Shown: positions 11,738-21,684 of the stretch, one piece after another
How the letters are laid out: every line of letters begins with the position of its first letter
Numbering within the stretch: position 1 is the first letter of the stretch
Origin: Schmidtea nova
Taxonomy: Eukaryota
Direction: 5' to 3'
Assembly: GCA_044892505.1 (NCBI GenBank)
Contig: CM097883.1
Span: forward strand, 73,904,159 to 73,945,905
Length of the DNA stretch: 41,747 bases
Translations under genes and position numbers: made by a program
The notes under the pieces: generated by a model
The model's input: the letters and a program-made list of their open reading frames with translations, nothing else
Told to the model about the DNA's origin: nothing
Database searches by the model: none

Positions 11738-11803
11738 CTAGCTGTAACCCGTGACAAATCACGTGATGTACTGTCACAATTTACATTTTATATATTTCAT
11801 AGA
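11738..11803 (-). mobile_element. Putative mini non-autonomous Helitron (66 bp)
   Basis: Minus strand reads A|TCTATGAAATATATAAAA...CGTGA-TTTG-TCACG hairpin...GGTTACAGCTAG|T: 5' TC, 3' hairpin plus CTAG, A|T target. Confidence 0.5.
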
Positions 11804-12318
11804 TCAGAAAAATTTAATCAAAATATTTCTCTTTTTAATTTACTTAAAAATATTAGTAAAAATGTTTTGGAAATAAAACAGTAATTTTATTATTTCAATC
11901 TTTATTTATAGTACTTTGATAGTTATAAATTTTCTAGTTATTAACAATAAAATCATTTATCTTTTTCGTCATCTTTGATCTGTTTTCAGTTTAATTTTTA
12001 TTTATTTATATTTAGGTTTTGACTATATCAATATTTTATAAATTAATATGTATAACCCGAAAAAAGGTTAACCCAGAGTTTAATTACCATATTCTAATTT
12101 TTAATTAAAAATAAAAATTAACTAAAACTATATTAAAATTGAAAACATTATTTATTTTTAACTAATAATTCGCAAAAAATAGTTTAGAATTAAAAATAAA
12201 AGAAATAAAGTTGGCCTCCATGAAAATTTAAAAAATAATTAAATGAACTTGTAACTTAATTGAACGCAATAATAATTAAAACCTAAACTAAAGAATATGG
12301 TAATTGAGAATTTATATA

Positions 12319-13408
12319 CACCAGTTTTCGTTGATTAAAAGTAACTATGATACAAGTAGGTGTGTAAATCTACTTGTTACTCATAGTTACTTTGTTTTAA
12401 TTTTTTGTGATACATTTTTATGTAGCTATTTATTTTTCATTTAGCCATTTTTTAAAAATGGCTATCAGGTAATTTTATTTATTTAGATATCTTTTAAGGT
12501 TTCTGTTTTGATTTTACAATGATATAAGATCACTACAGAAGCTTTGAAAGTTTATCTATATTCATCAATATTATTTTATTTTATATTTATTAGCTTTTAG
12601 AAAAATATGATTTTTTATGAATTTTTTTGGAAGTATTTTACATTAAACGTAAGTAAAAATATTTTTTAACAATAGTTTATTAATGAAATTCCATTATATT
12701 TGTTCTTGGCTTATTTTTATTTATTATTAAATAATTTCTAGGAAATCATGATTTTTTAACATTTTTTTGGGAATTATTTTCATTTAACGTAAGTTAAAAA
12801 ATCATTTTTAATTAATAATTATTATAATTATTTCTAATTTTGAAATATTTTTTGGATATTCCAAGAAATAATTTAATTAAGCTTAATTTTTTATTTCAAG
12901 AACAGCCAAATTTTATCGTCCTGTATTATATGAGACTTCAAAATGATCCAAATTGCAGAGTAAATATGCTTAATTGTCTATAATTTGAAAATAATTAGAC
13001 GAAATTATTTTTTGGCTACTGAAAAAAGGGAAAATTTTGTCATATAAATTTTGTAAATATATGAAATTTTATATTAAAATAAAACTTACGATGTTATTTA
13101 TCCATTTTCTAGACAACTCCCTTAGAAAATATTCCAAAAATCTACCTAAAAATCATATTTTAAAAATAAATTAATTAATTATAAGACTTTTAAACGCGTA
13201 AAAAAATGTACCCTTAAAAGTTTGCATGCAATTTTCATTGTGTGTTGTGTTTGTGTGCATAATTTATTTTTTCTCATAGATTGTCTACCACATACTAAAA
13301 CTTTTAAACGACGTAAAATCAACTGTTAACATCAACGTAAGTTATCATTTTCTATTGGTTATTTATTTTTTATATTATAGATTTACTTTTATCGAACGAA
13401 AACTGGTG
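12319..13408 (-). mobile_element. Non-autonomous, diverged relative of the DD28E Tc1/IS630-like element (1090 bp)
   Basis: TA|CACCAGTTTTCGTT...AACGAAAACTGGTG|TA (14-bp perfect TIR). Interior aligns by eye to both subterminal regions of 14947-18989 (AGCCATTTT..AAAATGGCT..CAGGTAATTTT..GATCACTA.AGAAGCTTT; TTGTGTTTGTGTG..TTGTCTAC.ACATA) and keeps a decayed transposase N-terminal remnant (RLIIFKL vs RKIIYKF). Confidence 0.8.
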
Positions 13409-14289
13409 TATATATATATATATATATATATTTATAGCAAAATTTTCTTTTTCATTCACATCAATTAAACAATATTTCTATCAAAGTTTTTCAGCTTTGT
13501 TTCACTGTCATTTGAAACAATCAAATCTGAATATACAGCTCTCTGTATATTTTCAATTTTACACATTGAAAAATAAGTTTTGATTTAATTTAATTTTTCA
13601 TTAACATTACATAACAATTAATTAATAATTTCATACTTTTACAAACGAAAATTAAATTCTAAATAATAAAACTAATAATTTTTTAATTATCTTTTGGTTT
13701 CTTCTTTGATCTCTTTTCTTATTCAATAATTTTCATATTAACTTTTTTTAAAACTATTGACCAAAGTTTTTTTTGGTTGTAAGTAATAAGATGTGAGCAC
13801 ACTGGCTTCATCGAGGAAGCAATGAGTCATGACTATGACTCATTAATTGGATAAGGCATGAGCGAGTCTTTTTGTTATGACTCATGGCCTTTATTCTACA
13901 GCGTGTTAAACACGTCGTGTCAAGGTCATTAGATTTTTAAAATAATTTTATGTTTTTTTAAAGAGGTTATAAGCTCACTAGCTGAACTGGTAATAGCTTC
14001 TCAAAAGCTACAATGAAGGCTACAAGTTGTCATGTTATTGTTTCTATATACCCAAAAAGTGCATCGGATAAGGACGCAAACTGCCAAAGTCGAGAAATCT
14101 TTTCATTTTACAAAGATATTTTGGATCATCCCGATTATTTGACCCATTTCGATATCAACCCGATTTTTTGACCCAAAAATTTTTTTATAAATAAATTATA
14201 ACATATTATTGTTTTAAATAAATTAATAATAAATAAATAATAATAATAATTGTAATAATAGTAATAATAAAAATAATAATAAAAATTAT

Positions 14290-14500
14290 TATTATCAATA
14301 ATTCCCATAATGATGTTTATAGATCAAATTATTTTTTATAAACAATAACAATAAAGGTAAAGGCTGTAATGATAGAGGCTGTGACGAAATATTGTGTTAT
14401 TGTTTATAAAAAAAATTTTGATCTATAGTCATCATTATGAGAATTATTGATAATAATAATAAAAAAGATCAAAGGTGAAAAAAGATAATTATGATAATAA
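14290..14500. repeat. Palindromic repeat family copy, paired arms with rearranged centre
   Basis: TTATCAATAATTCCCATAATGATG..TATAGATCAAA... then inverted ...TTTTGATCTATAGTCATCATTATGAGAATTATTGATAAT...AAAGATCAAAGGTGAAAAAAGATAATTATGAT. Confidence 0.8.
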
Positions 14501-15280
14501 TAATAATAATAATATCATTTTTATTTAATTTTTATCCTACCCAATAGGTCAAAAAACAGCTTGGTCCAATATTTTGGAGACTCCTCTCTCACAGCAACAA
14601 AAGACATTTTGTAAGATTCAGCATTAGAAAAAATATTCTCAGAAAATATTTTTTGATACGATCCTTCCTTCAACTCGAAATGGGAAGCGAAGATTTTTCC
14701 TTTATATTATAAAAACTTGGAAACCTGTTGTTTTAATCTATCTGTTGTATCTCATCAAATGATTGACATATTGTCCAAGCAAAATGTTTGTTCAGTTCAG
14801 AAAAGATTTAAAAAAAATATTTTGTGAATTTCATCAAAATCTTTGTTCCATGCTGTGCTTATCCAATCAGATTTGTATTTGTATGCCGAACAAGTACTGC
14901 AATGTCTTTGTTAAACAAGTACGTAATGTGTCTCATAAAACTGGTACACCGTGTTTCATTGGATATGGCGACCTATAATACAGGTGAGTGATATACATCA
15001 CGAGTTATTATTAGTCATTAATTCAAAATTTGTTGGAATTAGCCATTTTAAAATGGCTTTCAGGTAATTTTTGTAATTAGGATAACTTTTAAGTCTTTTA
15101 TTTTGATCGCATAATGTTATGAGATCACTATAGAAGCTTTAAAAGGTTATCTTTATTCATCAATTTTATTTTTATTTAATTTTTAAATAATTAGTAGAAA
15201 ATGTTTATGATATTATGGAATTATTAACATCAAAGGTAAGTAAAAATTCAATTCGAACTAATATTTATTTGATAAACACA

Positions 15281-16702
15281 TTAATCTCCAAATATTTCAA
15301 TTTTCCGAAAACATTTAGAAAAAAATCGGCGAACATGTAAGAAAAAGTTTTCCAAATCTTTATAATCATCTTTGTTTAATTCGTCTTCAAGAGCTGTTTT
15401 CACCAAACAAAATCTGTCTTGGAAAGACATTGTGGAGAAGCCATTTGATCTTGATATTGTCTTCCTTAAACTGCATTTTATTTTGCTAAATAAACTTTCG
15501 ATTGGGTTGAGGAAAGGGCTGTATGGTGGTAAATTTACAACGAAATTGTTTTCTGATATTACTCCACCATGTATTGAGGCATTATCATGAATTAAGTGGT
15601 ATCCTGTACCATCTAATTTTGACGTTAATTCTTGAATGAAAAGTTGGTAACTTTCTTTTTTGAAAGATCCAACTATAAATTTGTGATGTACTGGTCCTTT
15701 TAAGCCAATTGCAAGAACCAGTGACATATTTGAGCCTCGGTTAGTGGGTACAATTTGATAAAGTCTTTCACCTTTCTTCTTCCTTCCCAGATTTTGGCCT
15801 GACCATGAATTAAATCCACATTCGTCAATGTAAATTAATTTTTTGTCTTCCCAAGCTTCGTCTAAAAAGCGAGTTACATACTGTAACCTTAACTCGAGTA
15901 CGCGGTCTGAATTTCGAGCAGCTACACATGGCCTTATTTTTTTTAATGTAATTAGGTTCCTGTTCAAAAACCTAAAAATTGTCGCTCTTGATACTTGGCA
16001 ATTAAATTCATTGAGGAATTTTCTCATTTCCTCTAAGGTTGCACCAACGTTGTTTTCTACAAAATCTAACAACTTAATCCCTGTTTCTTCTGAAATTCGA
16101 GGCTTGCTACCACCTCTTGTGCTTTCTGGTAGGTGGCCATATTTTTCAAATTTATAAATTATTTTTCTTATAGAATTTTTTGTTAGGCCAAGTAAGCTTC
16201 CCAAATGGAAGTAATCTTGTTTATTTTCCTTTGCGTTTATGATTCTTGCTTTGTCGATATCTGAAATCCTATAAAAATCAAATAACTTTTTAAATATTTA
16301 TTATTTCATCTTACGATTTGCGAACATTTTTTCGGATATCAAATGAAATGTGGTTGGACGATGTCCCTGGAATATCTGAAAGGCTAAGCCCATAATAAAT
16401 ATTTTAATAAATAAAAAAGGTGATACCATTTTCCTAATTCATCTTCACGAAATGCCATTGTTTCCACTGAATTTTCTGAAAAACTGGGAAAATATAAAAA
16501 TTTTATGACTTAATTTACATTACTTACGATGATATTTCATCTTTTTCACGAAATGGTATTGTTTCCAGTGAATTGTCTGAAAAACTGGGAAAATATAAAT
16601 TTTTCAATACTTAAATTATAATACTTACGATGATATTTCATCATTTTCGCGGAAAGTCAGTGTAGATCCATCAGATCCAATTATCGAAATTTTATTTTCC
16701 AT
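15281..16702 (-). CDS. DD28E Tc1/IS630-like transposase, 5 predicted exons, 414 aa (exons 16702-16629, 16584-16528, 16483-16427, 16383-16315, 16268-15281)
   Basis: Catalytic motifs LIYIDECGFN, LIHDNASIH, LPPYSPFLNPIE; HTH-like N-terminal region (RGGSKPRI, GATLEEMR). Four GT-AG introns of 44, 44, 43 and 46 nt, all phase 2, give a continuous frame from the ATG at 16702. The transposase call is secure; the exon model is inferred. Confidence 0.85.
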
Positions 16703-16921
16703 ATTTATTTTCAATTTTTCTGCTGATAAAAATTATATATGGTAGCCATATTGAATAAAACAAAACACACCCATAAAAGTTACCATCTGTTTTTTTCTAT
16801 GTTTTGTGTTTGTGTGTAATTATTTTTTTTCTTACCTTTTGTCTACGACATAATAAATCGCCATTTTCAGTAAAACAGCAATGAATTAGGTACAGGTAGG
16901 TGTGTATTTTTCTATAATATA

Positions 16922-18942
16922 CACCGTGTTTCATTGGATATGGCGACCTATAATACAGGTGGATGATATACATCACGAGTTATTATTAGTCATTAATTCA
17001 AAATTTGTTGGAATTAGCCATTTTAAAATGGCTTTCAGGTAATTTTTGTAATTAGGATAACTTTTAAGTCTTTTATTTTGATCGCATAATGTTATGAGAT
17101 CACTATAGAAGCTTTAAAAGGTTATCTTTATTCATCAATTCTATTTTTATTTAATTTTTAAATAATTTGTAGAAAATGTTTATGATATTATGGAATTATT
17201 AACATCAAAGGTAAGTAAAAATTCAATTCGAACTAATATTTATTTGATAAACACATTAATCTCCAAATATTTCAATTTTCCGAAAACATTTAGAAAAAAA
17301 TCGGCGAACATGTAAGAAAAAGTTTTCCAAATCTTTATAATCATCTTTGTTTAATTCGTCTTCAAGAGCTGTTTTCACCAAACAAAATCTGTCTTGGAAA
17401 GACATTGTGGAGAAGCCATTTGATCTTGATATTGTCTTCCTTAAACTGCATTTTATTTTGCTAAATAAACTTTCGATTGGGTTGAGGAAAGGGCTGTATG
17501 GTGGTAAATTTACAACGAAATTGTTTTCTGATATTACTCCACCATGTATTGAGGCATTATCATGAATTAAGTGGTATCCTGTACCATCTAATTTTGAAGT
17601 TAATTCTTGAATGAAAAGTTGGTAACTTTCTTTTTTGAAAGATCCAACTATAAATTTGTGATGTACTGGTCCTTTTAAGCCAATTGCAAGAACCAGTGAC
17701 ATATTTGAGCCTCGGTTAGTGGGTACAATTTGATAAAGTCTTTCACCTTTCTTCTTCCTTCCCAGATTTTGGCCTGACCATGAATTAAATCCACATTCGT
17801 CAATGTAAATTAATTTTTTGTCTTCCCAAGCTTCGTCTAAAAAGCGAGTTACATACTGTAACCTTAACTCGAGTACGCGGTCTGAATTTCGAGCAGCTAC
17901 ACATGGCCTTATTTTTTTTAATGTAATTAGGTTCCTGTTCAAAAACCTAAAAATTGTCGCTCTTGATACTTGGCAATTAAATTCATTGAGGAATTTTCTC
18001 ATTTCCTCTAAGGTTGCACCAACATTGTTTTCTACAAAATCTAACAACTTAATCCCTGTTTCTTCTGAAATTCGAGGCTTGCTACCACCGATTGTGCTTT
18101 CTGGTAGGTGGCCATATTTTTCAAATTTATAAATTATTTTTCTTATAGAATTTTTTGTTAGGCCAAGTAAGCTTCCCAAATGGAAGTAATCTTGTTTATT
18201 TTCCTTTGCGTTTATGATTCTTGCTTTGTCGATATCTGAAATCCTATAAAAATCAAATAACTTTTTAAATATTTATTATTTCATCTTACGATTTGCGAAC
18301 ATTTTTTCGGATATCAAATGAAATGTGGTTGGACGATGTCCCTGGAATATCTGAAAGGCTAAGCCCATAATAAATATTTTAATAAATAAAAAAGGTGATA
18401 CCATTTTCCTAATTCATCTTCACGAAATGCCATTGTTTCCACTGAATTTTCTGAAAAACTGGGAAAATATAAAAATTTTATGACTTAATTTACATTACTT
18501 ACGATGATATTTCATCTTTTTCACGAAATGGTATTGTTTCCTGTGAATTGTCTGAAAAACTGGGAAAATATAAATTTTTCAATACTTAAATTATAACACT
18601 TACGATGATATTTCATCATTTTCGCGGAAACTCAGTGTAGATCCATCAGATCCAATTATCGAAATTTTATTTTCCATATTTATTTTCAATTTTTCTGCTG
18701 ATAAAAATTATATATGGTAGCCATATTGAATAAAACAAGACACACCCATAAAAGTTACCATCTGTTTTTTTCTATGTTTTGTGTTTGTGTGTAATTATTT
18801 TTTTTTCTTACCTTTTGTCTACGACATAATAAATCGCCATTTTCAGTAAAACAGCAATGAATTAGGTACAGGTAGGTGTGTATTTTTCTATAATATAAGC
18901 TATTTAATTATTATAGGTCGCCATATCCAGTGAAACCTGGTG
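16922..18942 (-). mobile_element. Tc1/IS630-superfamily DNA transposon, inner nested copy (2021 bp)
   Basis: Same TIRs (16922-16954, 18910-18942); TA at 16920-16921 and 18943-18944; inserted just inside the right TIR of the outer copy. Confidence 0.92.
17256..18677 (-). CDS. DD28E Tc1/IS630-like transposase, second copy (exons 18677-18604, 18559-18503, 18458-18402, 18358-18290, 18243-17256)
   Basis: Offset 1975 bp from the first copy; all splice sites conserved; few amino-acid changes (R>I in ESTRGG, L>Q in exon 2, T>S in exon 1). Confidence 0.85.
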
Positions 18943-20435
18943 TAAGCTATTTGATTATTATAGGTCGCCATATCCAGTGAAACCTGGTGTATAAATACTT
19001 AGAAATTTTAACAAATATGTTTTGAAGTGCATCAAGAAAATTTTATAATTTCTCTATTGAATAAAGACAATGTTATATCTAGCCTAAAATTCTTTATAAC
19101 GGATGATGAAGCTGCTTTCGAAAAGAAACTAATTGATTTTTCGTGGATCTTGAACCAAAAAATTGTTTTGGGCAGAAAAAACGCTTTTATAAAAACGTAT
19201 TCGATATACAATTTGAAGATCAAATGAAATGCAGTCGAATTATCATAGGATTTCTTTATATAGAGAAAATTTTGGAGATATTGGGCATTCATTATGAAAG
19301 TCATTTTTAATGATCTTTAGAGGTAAATTAATGTATATAATTATAATAATGACTTCATATCTCAGATGAGACTAAATGAAATGACTTTATGGATACAGAA
19401 TAATAGATCTTGGCAGAAATCGGTCTGGCTCAAAAGGAAAGACGAAGATGACTGAAAGGCGGAAGAAATCGTCATTTATTTGACTGAATTAACTTTTAGA
19501 TTATCGAGTCTTTATGTAGATTTTAACATTGAGTTTTGTAAATAAATTTTATCAGCTTTTTATTCATATAATACTATTTTTGTTGACAAGTACAATAATC
19601 ATCAACACATTTTATCAAATCGCTAGTATTTATTAGATTCTATTTGCTTCAGGTAGATCATTAAGATCATCAAAATGTTCATCAAATTTTATAAACTACT
19701 ATTTTCTTCAGCTATTTCATGAGATTCATTAAATAATTCTTCTGAAAATTTTTCATCACAAAACTCATAATTTTTCGTCATATTGATTAATAAATCTTAT
19801 CGTTCCATATGCAAAATCCGATATTGTTTTAATATTTTAAATAAACCTTTAATATACACTTACATTTTAAATTTAAATAATTGACCTTTGTTTGTATTTA
19901 AAATATTTTAAGCAAATATTTTATCAAGTTTGGTAAAAATATTTTAAAATACCACAACGTAAGATATTTATTTTCTGATTGGTTGATACTGAGTCACTTA
20001 ATTATTTTGTTTTGTAACTATCCAAATTCTCATTGATTTGTAAATAAAGTATGTTTTTTCACCATACAAAATTCAATTTTTGAAAATTATTAAAATAAAT
20101 CTGTTTAAAAATGGTGTAAATGATACGGGATATCCGATGGGTTTCCGAATTTCATTAATAAGGAACAAATTAGTTGATATATAAAATTTATTGAATTCGA
20201 ATTTTGTAATTTAAGAACAATATATATGTATTAAAATTTAAATAAATCTGAATCTCTTTATTATCATATTTTTATTGTAAAAATATCAACAAATTCTCCC
20301 TCACAACCAAAAATAGTTTGATTTGTCAAAATAATAAAATGATTGATTTAAATTATAATAATTATTAGTTATAACATGAAACTATTAAAAGTAAAATGAT
20401 AGTAGATTTGATGAAGGTTTATACGTTGCTGTTTA

Positions 20436-21283
20436 CCCTTTGCACTCGAACATTTTCTAATATGGGTAATCAGCTGCTCAACAGTAATTTGATAAAAAAG
20501 TGTAAAAGATCAATCATAAGAACTTTAAATATAAGTATTTTATTTAGATATTTCCTGTATATTTGCATACTACAAACATAATATTTAAATGTTATTCTTT
20601 GAAATGTATTTTGGTGTGATATTTTAGGAAAAACTATCCAAGGTATAACCTAGGTTTTTCAGAACAAGTATTGCAAAAATATGCAGCTTCGTGCCTTCAC
20701 CTTTCTTTTTCTAGTCAGAGCACACTCGAAAATTCTTTTGTTCTTTTTAGCATAACATGTAGCTTACTGTTCAATCGAACACTCATTATTAGTTGCAGAA
20801 ATAGAACAGCAGCCATTTCCACAGTTTTGCCTATAATCTCCTTTAAGCATATTTACTAAAAATTTCACATATTTTAAATGAATAATTAAAATCTCATTTC
20901 TTTGCTTTTTCACCATTTTATATAAGATCTAGGAATCGATCACGCATGTCGCCAATCCCCAGAGAATTAACTTGCCATGTAACTTGTATGACCTTTAAGC
21001 ATAATAAATTTAAAATAATTGAAAAAGTATTATGTATAATTTTTATTAATTTTACTTTTAAGCTTACTTATACACAATACACTAACCACAAAAATATTTT
21101 CAAAAGTTGTAATCCACAAAAAAATTGCACCGCAAAACTGTTGTGGAAAATATAAATAAACAAATTAAAAGAAATACAAAGAAATATTTAGTACCGTGAA
21201 CAGTGATGGCACTTCACATGCGCCGTTCGAGTTGAAGTAACGAATAGGATGGCGACTGAGAGGTGTCATTCGAGTGCAAGGGG
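20436..21283 (-). mobile_element. Internally deleted piggyBac element (848 bp)
   Basis: 15-bp TIRs CCCTTTGCACTCGAA (20436-20450) and TTCGAGTGCAAGGGG (21269-21283), one mismatch; flanks TTTA/CGAA no longer a clean TTAA; encloses a decayed transposase C-terminus. Confidence 0.75.
20592..20860 (-). pseudogene. Decayed piggyBac transposase C-terminus (cysteine-rich domain)
   Basis: Minus frame ...VRLNSKLHVM...KKR*RHEAAYFCNTCSEKPRLYLG*FFLKYHTK resembles the piggyBac CRD pattern (R.ET.Y.C..C...P.LC.G.CF..YH); several stops. Confidence 0.65.
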
Positions 21284-21545
21284 CGAAGTTTGCATGTTTA
21301 TGTTTTTTTTTGTCAAGGTTAATATTTATTTAACAATTGTGACAGTTTTTGGAACTAAGGAAGTAAAACAAATAATATTTCACTTAATATTACAAAAGAA
21401 TAATGTAAAACAACAGATATTTAAATAACCTAATCATAATTTGTGCTAGAAACGTTTTTACTCAAATTTGACAGACTTACATCAGCATTAAGATTTTTAA
21501 TTTCTTTAAATCGATTGATGATTTATTTTAATTATATAAATTAAA

Positions 21546-21684
21546 ATATCATAATTATCTTTTTTCACCTTTGATCTTTTTTTATTATTATTATCAATAA
21601 TTCTCATAATGACTATAGATCAAAATTTTTTTTTATAAACAATAACACAATATTTCGGCACAGCCTTTATCAAGTGTGTATTTC
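21546..21684 (+). repeat. Palindromic repeat family, single full-length arm (139 bp, used as reference)
   Basis: ATATCATAATTATCTTTTTTCACCTTTGATC...GACTATAGATCAAAA...AACAATAACACAATATTTCGGCACAGCCTTTATCAAGTGTGTATTTC; recurs about ten times in the window. Confidence 0.85.

Larger units (their letters stand above)
14947..18989 (-). mobile_element. Tc1/IS630-superfamily DNA transposon, outer copy (2020 bp without the nested insert)
   Basis: TA|CACCGTGTTTCATTGGATATGGCGACCTATAAT (14947-14979) and ATTATAGGTCGCCATATCCAGTGAAACCTGGTG|TA (18957-18989): 33-bp TIR with 3 mismatches, TA duplication, intact transposase ORF. Confidence 0.92.

Noticed and set aside
14947-18989. Simple tandem duplication or pure assembly duplication of the Tc1-like element
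   Set aside because: The L-L-R-R TIR order, exact TA duplication and about a dozen sequence differences fit nested insertion better; read-level confirmation is still advisable.
19020-19830. Protein-like fragments on both strands (also near 2900-3300, 7750-7990, 14600-14930, 38680-39230 and 40940-41060)
   Set aside because: Broken by stops and frameshifts with no recognisable domain; cannot be supported without a homology search.
21190-21290. GC-rich island as a tRNA, SINE or ribozyme (GTTCGAG, CTGAGAG)
   Set aside because: No cloverleaf or complete hammerhead core; it is the subterminal region and TIR of the piggyBac derivative.
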